Assembly: GCF_009914755.1 (NCBI RefSeq) | Contig: NC_060946.1 | Length of the DNA: 64,000 bases | Direction: 5' to 3' (one strand) | Source of the DNA: the human T2T-CHM13v2.0 reference genome, Homo sapiens | The notes under the pieces: model-generated | Database searches by the model: none | Seen by the model: only the letters and a program-made list of their open reading frames with translations | Told to the model about the DNA's origin: nothing | Shown here: positions 19,347 through 38,824 of the stretch, piece by piece | Layout: every line of letters starts with the position of its first letter | How positions within the stretch are numbered: position 1 is the first letter of the stretch | Position numbers and translations under genes: made by a program

Positions 19347-21069
19347 CAGAAATTCTATTTCTTTCCTTTTTGCAAAGTTACCTGAAATTGTACCTCTCTC
19401 ATTTGTATGCTCAATGAGGAAGGAAATAAGAGAGGGTGGCACAATTAATCTGTGTTCAAAAATGTCATCATCACTGTGTCTCGTTTGATAAGCAGATTGT
19501 ATTCTTACTAGTGAGAGTAGAAGATCCTGAATAGTTCAGAGTCTGGCCAGGGCACCACAACCACACATTTCAGAGCACTGGGCCATGGCTGTGGATTCCC
19601 CCGAGGAACGAGTTTGCTGATGACCCTGTTTGTGCTCTCCCTGAGGGTGATGGTTTCACTTATTCCATGCTCTGAGCCAACTCTCCTAAGATTCTTTTAT
19701 CTAACATGGCCTGCAGAAGTTAATGGTGGCATGATTTACTTTGACTATTTTAGATGCCAGGCGTGTGTCTTGAAGAGACCAGTGAAGAGGGGCTTGAAGT
19801 TCTGATTCACTCGAACTTTTTTGGGTTTTATGTCTTTCCTTTCTCGTCAGCATCAAGGCCATCTAACTTCAAGGCTGAATGAATGAGTTCTGTTTTCCTT
19901 AATAGGGAGAGGGAGGAGATGGCCTAGGACTCATTCACAGCTGTGTGTGTGGAGAGTGCATTGGTGATAGATCTTGACTTATTTAGTGATTTTTCAGAAG
20001 ATTGTTGGTTTTTCACTGGTAAGACCAACAACTATCCTTGTTAACCAGCTTTAACCAGAAGGACTAAGGAAGTTGGACATCTCGTACCACTCGCAATTGA
20101 TTTTCTAATGCAGTTCTCTTGTTTAAATTCTGTGGCTGTGATAATCTAGGTAGCCAATTACTCTTTTTTGTTAACTAAGAAGATTTATACTGCTGTTGTG
20201 CTAGGGTTTGTAATTTAAGGTGTGGACATGTCCAGGATGTTAAATTTAGCTTGTGTCTCAAAACTAGAGCTATCCAAACTCTTTTTTGCTCTGGTTGCCC
20301 TGGTCCCTTGATGTTCAGCAAGCAGCTTTGCAGTGCCCACAGCACTCCGGCCTCCCTCCTTGGTACTGCAGGGCCACTGTGAAGAGGGAATCAGGACAGG
20401 ATCCTTCAGGTCTTGGCTTAGGCATCTTTTTTTCCTAAAAGTCTTTCTGGACCAATAGTCTGTCAGCAGGGACGGCTTCACAGAAGAGATGAAACTCAAC
20501 TTTTAAGACTGGCTGGGTTTGGGGGAGGGAAGAGACCAAGAAGGAAATTCCAGCAGTGGGGCTGGCAGGAGCAGAAATAACATGTGGCGTATCCCAGAGC
20601 CAGTCAAAAAGAGCAACTTGACTGGGCGTGATGGTTTTAGCAGGCAGGAGAAGGTCCCCTTGATAAGGAAGGCATTTCCAGGGAGTGCATCAAGAGGCAT
20701 GCAGAATAATCTGTCATAAGAGTAGAGTTTAAAAAAATAAATTCAAAAAAAGAGGCATGCAGAAGAGTAGTGCGCGGTGGAGGGAGGGAACAGGATGTGC
20801 TTAGGCCTAGAAATAGATTGCCATTCTGGTCATTTCCATGATATTGCTGTGTATTACTGTTCTGTGGCAATTTAAGTAAAAGAGAGGAATAAAACTTTGT
20901 AATGTATTAGAGACCTTAAAACTTAAAATCCAAGAAGATTTTTATATACCTGAATTAAAAAGTGGGACTTGGTAGAAGTTACCCAGGAAACATAAAAAAA
21001 TGAACAGCCTTCTCATTTCCCCACTTCTGTGGTCCTAATTCTTTGACCTTGAATCTTCTCTCTCTCTTT

Positions 21070-22355
<1,286 letters not shown>

Positions 22356-25300
22356 TAATTCATCTTCATCTACCTTTTTTTTGTTTTAAACACATAGAAG
22401 GTTACACAAACATATCTTCCTACTCAGCCTTGGTTTATAATTTACTGTTGCCCTAAGAATTTCAGAAAGGAAAAGAATTCTTGCTTCCCTGGCTAGGCTC
22501 TTGGGGTCTTGATGTGCAAGAAGAAATGCTGTTGTGAATACAAAGAATGATGAGGAAGTATACAAAAGGTGCCCTAGGCTGGCTGCGGGGGTCCAGCAGG
22601 CTGGCTACATTATTCTGTGGTCAACCTCTTACAAATGGGGTGCTCCTGTCCGTCTCCGTGGCCAGCTGCCACCAGCCCTATGGTGTGAATGGCAAGGAAG
22701 TGGGGACTGGCGGCTGGCCGAACTCCAGGATGCAGCCTTGGCTGGCAGAGAACCAAAGGCAGAGGGGGAAAAACACTCTTGAGTATGAGAGAAATAATGC
22801 TAGCTCCGAAACCTATAATTCGCAAGTTTAAAAAAATTTAAAAAATAAAAAAGATTTTTCAACCAAACTGTGCTTTTATCTTTAGGTTCTGAATGGGAGA
22901 TTGTTCACACAGCTAAGCTGGCTGCAGAAGCTAGGCCAGTTAAAACAATATGCAGGCAGCTCTCCTCTAAGTAACCAGAAACTGTTGGCTCAAAGGAGCC
23001 TGAACCGAGGAACCAACCTGCTGGGAGACGTTTTCCAAGTAACTCCAAGCAACAGCCTGAATGTAAATCCTCCCGCTGGGGAATGGCACTTTGGCAAATG
23101 AAGACCCTAATTAGAGATGGAAGGGTTTCTATTTTGTTTTTCTTTAATCCTTACCCTGGGGCCTTTGCAGGGCCACCATGTCTCTGCTTGTGTGCAAAGA
23201 AATTTCCAGCTTCTCTTTGTAACAAGATCCTCTTTTGGGAAAGAAGCAACAAGCCGACAATGTGGGCCCACCACAGCCGGGGGACCCTGCAACCAGCCTA
23301 ATCCAAAACAAAAAGGCCTGGTCTGGGCCGGAGCAGCTGGGTCACCTGGATTGGCCAAGTCGTTTGAAGTTGCTAGCCAAGTTGGATCTTATGTTGCCCC
23401 TGCCCCGTGAGACACTCAAATCCGTGCTTAGAGTGCAAGTGAAGTTTCTTAACTTCCAAAGGAGAACAGCAGTGTGAACAAAATGCAAAGCAGTAAGAGA
23501 GAACTGTAGCTCTGAGGCACTAGGGCCAAGGTCCAATTGAATGGGTGTGGAGCCCTCTTATCTCCTCAGCCTTCTATTTGGGTCTTCACTATTGGATCTA
23601 AACAGTGAAGCAGAGGGACTATGCTCTCTTTCAAATTGATCACCTTAGTTCTCAAAACATCCAGAAGTATCACATACGTGGAGAACCTGCCCACGCCAGT
23701 GTTGTTTTGTTGTGGGTGCACCACTGACTTACCCAGTATTCTCAAGGTCTTCGAACTGATGATTCTGCTCAATTTCATTTCTCTTTGGCCCTGGAAAGGC
23801 AGTTGAGTAGAGCTCTCTGGGACCAAAGTATCAAGCTGGTCAGTGAATGATACAATCAATTTTAGATAGTTGTGGATAACTGAAGTGAAAACAAAGACGT
23901 ACCTTTCAGCATCCTTTACACTGGTAGGTGTAGGAAGGGCCCCCATCGAGGGCCGTTAACTTACTTGTTAAATTCGCAGCTTACTACAGGATGCTTGTGT
24001 CTAAGTGATTTCAACTTCTGAAGGGGAATTACACATTTTTTAGTCTTAACATAGGAAGGATGCTTCTCCCTAACCACGACTCCATGCTGAGTCTCAGGCT
24101 GGGCTCTGTCCAGATAGAATCATCTTTAATATTTACAACTCTGTGATCTGGTTGGTACCCTGCTTTAAAGATGAATACATTGAGACTCAGGGGAAGGGGC
24201 TAAGCTACAGACATCAGCCATGGCTCCGTCCCAGGTTAGCTCCAGACCTCCTGCTCTTCTCATCAGTTCTGTCCTTTGAGTTACTTAAGCGTATAGATGG
24301 TAGTTGATACAGTTCTGCATAACAGACTGATAGGTTCCTGACCAACAGTCTGCTCCTACCCCCTCTTTTTTGGGAAGCCGAGTGCTGTTGAAGAGCCACC
24401 CATTCCTGGTTGCCACATGGTAGACAAATATGTCTGCTGCATTTACTTCCCAGAAGTCCTCAGCTTGCTCATGCTGTCTAAAGTTAGCTTTCAGGGAATC
24501 CCAAGATGTTTCTTTTTCAGCTCTCTGCTTGTGGTCAGGCTGCTTCAACTTGGAGAAAAACGGCCCATTCTGTTAGCTGTCGGGCAAAATGATGACTGTG
24601 AAGAGTATCCCTTCCATGCTAGTAACTTCCCCTGTTCCAACTTCTCAGTTTAATTTTCAGTGAAGCTTCTAGAAACCACTTAAAGTCATTGGGAAACAGG
24701 TACATCAAGGACTAAAAAGAAAACTGGTTTTGTAGATGCAACATTGATCCCTCTAAAAAGATAAGGCAAGACGACACCTTGCCCTTTTGTCTTTGATTTT
24801 ATTCCTTGGCTCCTTGGAACATGTGCTGATTAAATGGCAAAATATGATGGCAATTTTTACCCTTTGTTATTATTGAAAATCTTTGCCAAGTTACAGTTAC
24901 AGCTAATTTAAAGCTGTATCCAACCAAAATGGTGTTAAGAGAGGGTCCCTGATAATTTGGATGTCAACTTGCACTTGTACCTAATGAACAGCTTGACTCA
25001 TTCCTGGCTAAATTTATGACAGTGGCTTTGGAAGGGGACTCAGATATCAAGAACCAGATTCTATCACAGATTTTTAGATTACTTGTATAGGCCATAAAAG
25101 CGTGATGATATGGAGTAAATTGAATAATACTGGATTTTTGGCATTGCTGCTTCATTAGCATGAGGCACTGGATGGGGCAGGCGTGGAGGCCTGGTTAGGC
25201 TGGGCGCAATGCTCTAACATAAGCAACCATGGGCCTCACAGAATATTGGTGGTAGCCTTTCCCAGGATGGCCTTGCATTGCTAATAATGCTAAAAATGTC

Positions 25301-26604
25301 TGTGTTCAGAGAAAAACATTATGAAAGTCTTAATAGTCTCAATATTATCCCCTAAATAGCTTTTCCCTGGATTTTTTTCATCTGTCCTGGTCGTTTCTGT
25401 GTCATTGCCGTAAAGTCACACAGCCAAAGTCACACAGCCATTCCGAGTATTGCAGTGACAACAGCAAGGATCCCAGCCAAAATCTTGTCCTCAGGAAGAG
25501 CTGAGACATGTTACTCTAATTATCACTGATGGTTTTCTTGCTTTGGGGTCATGTCTCACCCCTTACCCCCTCACTTAGTGGCATATTTGATGTTGTTCAG
25601 TCATCTGAAGTCACTCATTTATCCCCTGAATGTCCCCACTGGTTCCCCCAGTGGCAGCAGTCCCCCGGCCTGCAGGAGTTGTAGTGCAGGCTTGGGTGAT
25701 GTGATTCCTGATGTAGGTGAGACCCCTGAACCAAGAGCAGTTCAGCAGCTGCAGCTGCTCAGAAGCTAGGCTTACACACCATCTCCCTGCCGCTCCGTGT
25801 TTGACAGAAAGCAGAGATGCTTCAGCCTCCTAGCTGCACTTAAAGGTAGCCTGGATGCAGTGAGCTTGACTAAGTATCTCCCTTTTGTAGCTCAGTGTAA
25901 AATACAGACTCTGTTTTTGGAATTCATTCATATGTTTATTAAGCACTGCCTGTATCCCAGGCAGTGTGCTAGACGCTGCTGATACAGTACTTATTAAAGT
26001 AGACAAGTTCACTGCCCCCATGGGGCTCCTGGTCAGTAGAGGAGACACAGAGACAACTAGCAGCAAGTAAACACAAAGACAACAAACAGGGCAACTGCAG
26101 ATTGTGATGCAGCTGCAAGGCCAACAAACTGGGTGAGTGGGGCTTTTCTCTGCATAGGCTGCCTCGAGCCAAGAGCTCAGAGTCAAGGTTCCTGAAAGAA
26201 GAGAGGGAAAGATTCCCACAGCCCACTCCCCACATCAGAGCTTGCCTGCCTCCGCTCCGTCATCTGTTCTTTGACACATCTGCAACCTGGGGTGTGCTCT
26301 GATGCTTCCTGTCATTCTGTCACTTTCTAACCCATCAAACAGCACTTTGCTACCATATAAGTATTAGTATCTGCCTCCTGTCTGCTAAGAAATAAAATGA
26401 AGGCACTCAAGTCTTACAGAAAGTTAGCTCCTTTATTTTAGGTATCTCGTTAAATATTCTCTACTTGATTATTATGTGACAGTTGCTTTTAAATCCTCTG
26501 AAAGTTGCATAATATGCTATGTGATACGAAAGGATGTATATATAAAACCTTTATTTTTCTAATAATTGCCTGTAACTTACCAGTTTGAATTGTTTTAACG
26601 CTTA

Positions 26605-27331
<727 letters not shown>

Positions 27332-28912
27332 CTGAAACTGGCTTGGCTGATGAAAGTTGTATCTTATACTGTGAACTGAATAATGTTGCAAGAGATTAAG
27401 TGATCATTACTAAATGATGCCCCTGGTACTAGTGAAGGTTGTTGTCATAGTTCATGCAGACCTGCACAGTGTATCGACCTCATGTTCACATGAAGATCTA
27501 GATACCTGATCAACGAAGTGTCCACTCAGCCCCTGTCAGGTGCATTCTGGGAGGTGAAGTGGCATGTGACTGCCTTGAAGGAAGGTGAAAGCCTAGAGAC
27601 AGATTGTAATGGTTTAGAACTTTCTCTTTAGAAAATAGTGAATAAGGAAACAAGGCTTTGCTGGGGCAGGGGGTGGGAGCTCTGGCAAATAAGAGGTTCT
27701 TCTAGAACCCACTTCCTTTGTTCTAAGTAAAGTCTTGCTAACGCTGAATAATTATAGTCAAGAAAGCCTGAATGAGGCCATCCTTTTACTTGTTCAATAA
27801 AGGTTAATTTAAGGACCCAATGGGACTTGAGATAGAGCTTGAATTTAGGGATTTTTGCAAATTACCTGTTAAAGCCATGAAAACAGAAGTGTATTTGTTC
27901 CTTAATATGTGCATGACCTCTTACTATTTAAGAGTGATTACTGATTAACCAGGGAGTTTCAAAGGAGATGTTTTCATATTCAGATTTAAAGAAGTTGCTC
28001 CAGCTCAGAGAACTGGCTTCTGTTGGAGTGAGCTATGAACAGAGTAGGGCTGCTCTATCTCAGAGCATTGTTCATTCACCTGGAGAAACTTCCTTCCTGT
28101 GTCAAGCACCTGTAGCATGCTAGGGGTTGTGCCTGCCCAGTGGTGCACTAAAGCCACCTCTGCAATGTTTTCATCCAAGAAACATGAAGTAGGAAGGAAA
28201 AGTAACACTTGCCTAGAAAGGAAAGTTGTCTGCTCCCTATATTCTCTATGAAATTGAGACAGCTATTCTTTGCCCCCACAAATGGCCTTTAGGACAGAAC
28301 CATTGAGTGTCAAAGACAGGCCCAGCCTCTGGAGTATACTTGTCTATTTCCATTTCCAAAGGTGAGATGTTTTCCAGGCAGAGCTCTGTCAGTTTTATGA
28401 AAGCCAAAAATGCATTAGCCACACAGGGTACACTTGTGCAGTATTTTAAGTGTAACTTGGTTGCCAACACTTGAATTGGAAGGTTTAATATAAAAATCCA
28501 CATTTCTACCTTCTCTTGAAAAATCAGAAGGTCTGGCAGTGCTGGTGTCCCATTTCTCCTGGTAAAGGAAGCCCCAGCTGCCTAGAAGTTGCCCCCATCA
28601 GGCAGGTATACACTGTCCAGTCTGCCACGGCGCCTGCCACTCTCTGCTGTCCTCACACTGCAGCAGCACATCCATTGCCGTAAATCTTAAGTGTGGCCCC
28701 TGTGGACAATTGAGTTTGCAATCTGTGTTGTGTGATTTTTAAATTGCAGGGAGGAAGATCATCCAGGCTGTCTGTGGAAAGTTGAGCAAATCAAGTGTGA
28801 ACGCAGACCAATAATTTCTGACAGTCAAACCATAAATATGAAGAGGGACCACAGAGAAGCTGGATTAGCAGACTTGTATACTCTGATTTTGTCAAGCACT
28901 GGAAGACCAATT

Positions 28913-29038
28913 TAGGGTGACCATATCATTTGTCATCCAAGCTGAGACGCTTTTGAGAATGGAAGGGGTTATGGTGGGAGGAGAAATGTAAACTGGGGCT
29001 GTCCTGGGCATGCTAGGACAGAAACTGTGGACACCCTA
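28913..29038. mobile_element. MER81-like hAT MITE
   Basis: Terminal inverted repeats TAGGGTGACCA / TGGACACCCTA, about 126 nt in total. Confidence 0.75.
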
Positions 29039-30106
29039 GGCCTGTGAATGGGACATGGAAACAGAAAGCTTATATCCGTCAACCAGGGTGAGTGCAGAAA
29101 AGACTCATAAGAGGAGCTCACATAGAGGCTACGCTGGTATAGAAATTGTTCTAGAAAAATTGGGCAAGATTTTGCAGAGAAAGGAGGCTTTTAGATGTGT
29201 CCTTAAGCATTGAAGCGCTTTGAGAGGTAATCAAGGGTCCAGGACAGCAGTTGAGGTAACATGAATAACCTATGCAACAGCTGGAAGATGTGCGTATGCC
29301 TTAGCTTTTCAGAAATGGGGGAACTGTGTGGGTGGAGCATCTGGTGCTTGGAGGGCAGATAGTGTGGGAGGGGAGGGCGGACGGGCAGACCGGATCCAAA
29401 CTGGATCCAAAGGAGAGTCTTGAACATTATAAGGAATTGAGACTTGAATCTGAGAAGGATGAGAAGACAGCTCAGGGCATCATGTATGGAATGAACTGGA
29501 AAAAGATTGGAGACAGAGAAACTGCTGCATTACAGGGTAGCAGGGATGCAAAGGGAGAGCCCACTTGAAAATGATTCTTTATGGAGATTGGATGTGGAGA
29601 GAGGAAGGGGAAGGGGTAGTGAGAGAAGAGGAGGAAGATTTGGGTTTCTAGATTTGTATGATGGTGATTCCCTTAACCTGAGACAAGTAATGTAGGTTTG
29701 GGAGAAACTTGGTGACTTTGACTTTGATCAGGACTAGAGCCCTGACTCTGACTTTGAACTGGAGCCCTTTGAACTCTAGCCCTGAAAAGGGTCAGGGCTA
29801 GAGATGAAGGTTGAGAAGTCATTAGATAGGGGAGTGTGTATTCAAACCAGGAGTCCAGAATGAGCTTGTCCAGAAAAGAGTATAGACTAGGAAGAGAGAA
29901 GGGGTACAGCATAGGACTTAAAGGAAAACAAGTAAGTGAGTTGGGACCATGTAAGAGTCAGTGAAGGGAACCCGAAGACCTCAGAGAGAAGAAAACAGAA
30001 ATAGGCTGAGGAGCACAAAGCAATGTAAACAGGTTGGTAGAGTAGCAATAGTACAGATGACAACACGGGTGAGGTAGCATGGCCCTGTGCATTCATTTAG
30101 CACAGG

Positions 30107-30600
30107 TGTATCAGTTAGCTTTTGCTGCATAACAAACTGCCCTTAAAACATAGCACCCTAAAAACAACAGTCATTTTCATTGCTCATGATTCTGTGGGTT
30201 AGCTGAGCAGTTGTTCTGGTCTGTGCCAGCTTGGCTGATCTCTGTGGTCAGCTAGTGGTTCCTCTGGGACTGAGTGATCTAGGATGGCCTCACTCAAGTG
30301 TTTGGGGCCTCACCTGGGATAGCCATGCCCTCTCAACATGTGGTCTCTTATCATCCAGTAGACTAGCCCAGGCTTCTTACATGATAGTTCTCAGGGTTCC
30401 CAGCCGCAAGAGAGGGCAAGCATGAACACCCATGAACTATTCGATCCCCTCAAGCATTTTCCAAGCTTCTGCTGGCATTGTATTTGCTCATGTCCCATTG
30501 ACCAAAGCAACTCATGTGGCCAAGCCCAAATTCAAGGGGTGGAAAAATAAGCTCAATTTCTTGATGGGAGGAATCATAAAATATTGTGGCCATTTTCTTT
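30107..30600. mobile_element. MLT1-family MaLR LTR
   Basis: tgtatcagttagcttttgctgcataacaaac...ccattgaccaaagcaactcatgtggccaagccc. Confidence 0.8.
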
Positions 30601-31257
30601 ACTCTAAGAGGTGTGAATGTCTTGTAACACTTGGCAGGAGATATTTGATTCTTTGTGTCAATCATGTATCTTCCTTCTAGTTGAGCTAGTAAAGATTGAA
30701 GATTACAACAGAACAACTTAAATTCTGAAGACCCATTTAATTGTGATTATTTTAATTCTGTTCCCATATGAAAGCTGAAGGTAGTACAGGGAAAAACAGT
30801 ACCACTTGCATTCATGACATGAAGCTAAAGCGATTACTAAAGAAATTGATAATACCCAGTTCAAAACTCAAACACAGGTCCCCTCTGTCAAAGCAGTACT
30901 GTCTGATTTGCAGCAATTAACATCTTAGTGCCATGTTATTTAAGACTAGATCAATGATTAGCAATCATTAATTGGCACCTACCATGTACCCAAACTACAC
31001 CAAGCACTTTACACCCATGAACTATTTAATCCTCTCAACAACCCTATAAAGTACAATCACTGTCTTAGTTCTACAGATGAGGAAACTAGGGATCAAATAT
31101 TAAGTGTCTTGCCCGAGGATATCAGTAAGTGTGATAGAACCAGAAATAGGAAATAGGGATTTCCCTCAGGCCACTGGGCTCCCCTGACTGTAGGCAGCAT
31201 TAGCAAGTATGCACCCCACCCCACCCCCATCTTGATTATCCTTATCTTGATGAAATA

Positions 31258-31928
<671 letters not shown>

Positions 31929-32036
31929 TATACTCACATCTACTGACCTGGGGTCTGCCTGCCTCCCAGAGTCCAGGTGGGCTCTGTTCTGCTGGTCTAA
32001 CTTACCCATTCATCCAGATTTCATTGAGAGGGGCTT

Positions 32037-32040
<4 letters not shown>

Positions 32041-32078
<38 letters not shown>
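32041..32078. repeat. (TG)n microsatellite in an Alu tail
   Basis: About 19 TG units. Confidence 0.97.
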
Positions 32079-33053
<975 letters not shown>

Positions 33054-33059
33054 TTGTTT

Positions 33060-33470
33060 TAATCTTTATCGAAGTATAATAGACATGTGATAAACAGCAC
33101 ATATTTAAAGTGCACAATTTGTTAAGGTTTGACCTATATGCACACACACATACACACACACACATGCACACACACACACCCATTAAACCATCACCACAAT
33201 CAAGATGAACATATATGTCACTCCCCCCACATTCCCTCAATTCCCCTTTAAAATCCCTCCCTCCCTTTCCTGGCTTCCCTGCCAAACACCAGACAACTAC
33301 TGATCTGCTTTCTCCTACTGTAGACAAGTTTGCATTTTATAGAATTTAACACGAATGGAATCATGCAGTATATACTGCTTATTCTGGCCTCTTTGACGCA
33401 GCATAATTATTTTGAGATACATTCATGTGGATTGTGTATATCAGTAGTTCATTTCTTTTTATTACTTTTT
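33060..33470 (-). mobile_element. Old L1M 3' fragment containing a (CA)n tract
   Basis: actactgatctgctttct...aatggaatcatgcagtatatac. Confidence 0.8.
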
Positions 33471-34134
33471 AAGAAAAGAGAACGCTACTTTTTTTACTCT
33501 GAACTTGGGCCAGGATGATTGAAGTTACCTACGAATTGTACATTAACCAACTAATGGCAGTGAAGAGTTAATCTGTAACTTCATCTGTTAGCTGTTAACG
33601 TGACCCCCAAACCTAACCTCCTCTTGACTGTCAGATCCTGATCCCAGACACACTTTCTCTAAAGGCTAAAACTGAAGTAGGACTGGAGACTTGGGGAGCC
33701 TGGTATTTCTGAGTCTTGGTTGGTCCCTGCCCATCACTGGATCTTGGTGTAGCATGGTCTCATGATAGTGTGAGAACAGGGTTAGGTATGTGACTGTGTG
33801 ACCAGCAGTACTCTGTTAAAAACCTTGACTTTAAATTACTTCATGAAGTTTCAGATGGGGGAAAAAGAACCCACAACCCTGACTTTTGTCAGCTGTCCGT
33901 CTTATAAGTCTGAGTTACGCAGATGTCCTAATCCTCTTAGAAGCAAACTCAGTAGGTTGGAGAATTTATTGTTGTTACAGATACTCACTTTAAAATGTAT
34001 TAAGTGAACTCAATTGGTATATTTGAAAATACTTTAATTTACCCTTCTTTTCAAGATTCCATCTCCCTTATAAGCTACCATACACTTGCCTGCTAGCAGG
34101 TCCTTTATAGTCAACTTCCCTGTAACAAATGAGA

Positions 34135-34290
34135 GGTTTTTGGGTATAAATGTATGGGGTACAAGTATAATTTGGTTACATGGGTATATTGCATAGTGGA
34201 AAAGTCAGGGCTTTTAGTGTAGCCATTACCTGAATTATGTATATTGTACCCATTAAGTAATTTCTCATCGTCCACCCCCCTCCCACCTCC
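34135..34290 (-). mobile_element. L1 3' end fragment (L1MA/PB-like)
   Basis: ggggtacaagt....ttggttacatgggtatattgcatagtgg. Confidence 0.8.
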
Positions 34291-34768
34291 AACAAATTGG
34301 TTTTTAAAAAATTCTTTCCTTAAATGCTTGGCTTCAAATCTCCTGGTACAGGAATTCTGTAATTCTGATAAAAAATTGCTTGAAATAATACACAAAATGT
34401 CTATGTGTTTACTAATAGATCCTGATTAAAGTTATTATTGAGAAACTAACATTGGAGTCCTCTAAATTCTGATTTCCCAGAAAACAAAAAATCTTCAATA
34501 TTATAAAACTTAATGGACTCTACAGAAGTCGGGGCAGGGTTGACAGGAAGCAGTTGGCTCTGATGGAACACCCTCCCCCGCTGCCAGCACACTCTGACCT
34601 CAGGAAAGTCATGCCTCCTTTGCAAATCTTGGACATGGGACTAGGTGTGCTTTCATCCCACTCCAGGACTGAGGGACACTTGATTCAGATAGACCATAGT
34701 CAAGGTCCATGTTGCCTAAGAGACCCTCTTTGTCCCCCAGCATGAGGACTGCAGTGACTTTCAAGTGG

Positions 34769-34948
34769 CTCCCAGGAGTGGAGAAGCAGGCTGCTTCCCT
34801 TGCATGGGATCCATTAACTCCCAGGCATGGAGAAGCAGGCTCAGTTCCCTACGGTGGGCTATATTAGCTCCCACAAATGGAGAAGCAGGCTCAGTCTCTC
34901 CTTGGGTGTGCTGCATTGTCTCCCAGGAATAGAGAAGTAGGATCAGTC
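34769..34948 (+). repeat. Diverged tandem repeat, four units of about 50 nt
   Basis: Core CTCCCA-n4-TGGAGAAGCAGGCT (unit 4 more diverged) starting at 34769, 34818, 34868 and 34920. Confidence 0.88.
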
Positions 34949-36249
34949 ATTTATTCCATGTGGGGCTGTCTGGCCAGAACTCTTCCCTCCAAAGGGAGTG
35001 GTTTGTGGTCCCTCTTCTGGATTTGGCTCATCAGTCTTTCCAAATGTCCCAGCCACCTGGTAGGTATGCAGTTTGATTTGTTTAGCCCCCAAATGCCAGC
35101 CAGTTCCCCATGCCTGCCTGATAGCTGGGTGCCTCTTGAGCCAATGTCGGCATATTCTACAATTACCTGCTTATTTGTGGGGGTTACATAGTGCTTGTAG
35201 TTATAGCTCTCTCCACTTACCCACAAACCAGACTGCCAAACTCCTGGATCATAAAACAAAGTGTGAGCACCCTGGATCATGACCCAGCTCTTTTCCTGTT
35301 CTTCTTTTGAGACTTTCCTAACAGGAAAGGCTCTGGGTAATTGATAGAGATTATCCCTGATTCCCTTAATGTAACCTTTTTACTCTTTCCTTTTCCTGGG
35401 ATTAAGCTGTTCTTTTGCAAGAAGTCCTTTTCTTAATGACAGTCATTCACCTGTTATTGACCAAAGGAAGCGATCCGGCCCAACTCCACCTTTCTGTGGT
35501 TCAGTCTCTCGAGTCTCTTTCATTATAATGACTTTCAAAGGCATTAACTGTTTTTTTTTTTTTTTTTTTTGCTTTCAATTTTCTGCACTGTTAAAGGCTG
35601 TCAAACTATACTTTAATCTGCCTTCCTGAAACAATAATTGCCCCTGTATTTGTTGGTGAATATGAGTGTTAATATTGAGTAGATGTTTTAATATTTGCTG
35701 AGGGTTCCCAGGCAGCGTGCGTTGCTACTGAGGTCTGCTGTTCACAAGATAACAAGTTGATATAAAATGGAGACACATAGGCTCAGTCAGCAGTGCCTTT
35801 CTTCTTCTTGCAGTCCTGTGATATTTCTCTTCTTCAGGGCACTTACCTCTCACTGTGCATGTAGGGTCCCTAGTATAACTACTAGAACACCATGAGAAGA
35901 GGCACTAGATCTTTTAGGACTAGGTTCTTTTGGCATATGATTGTACCTTCATGGTATATGCTCAATAAGTATTTGTTAAATTAATGAATATTTTGTCTGG
36001 AAGCACATTGCCACAGGACTGGGCCTTGGTGTAGGGATTAGGGAACCCCTTCCAGAAAAAATAAAATTTCAGGTAGTGACCCAAAAATGTCAGTAAACCA
36101 TAGTGACTGCTTGGATGCTGTGTTCCAGAAACTAAACTGTGGGCATGCCAGCTGCCACCAACAGAAAGGGTAATCACTAAATAGTTGTTAAGTTTATACA
36201 ATGGCCATGTGAGTGGATAATAATACCCAACCATGCAACCCTGTGCTAC

Positions 36250-38824
<2,575 letters not shown>

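Noticed and set aside
20224-20233. Perfect p53 half-site GGACATGTCC
   Set aside because: There is no adequate adjacent second half-site.
25412-25439. 14-nt perfect tandem duplication (AAAGTCACACAGCC twice)
   Set aside because: An ordinary slippage duplication with no sign of function.
34769-34948. CRISPR-like repeat-spacer appearance
   Set aside because: The linkers are homologous to one another, the repeats are degenerate, there are no cas genes, and this is a primate intron. It is a minisatellite.
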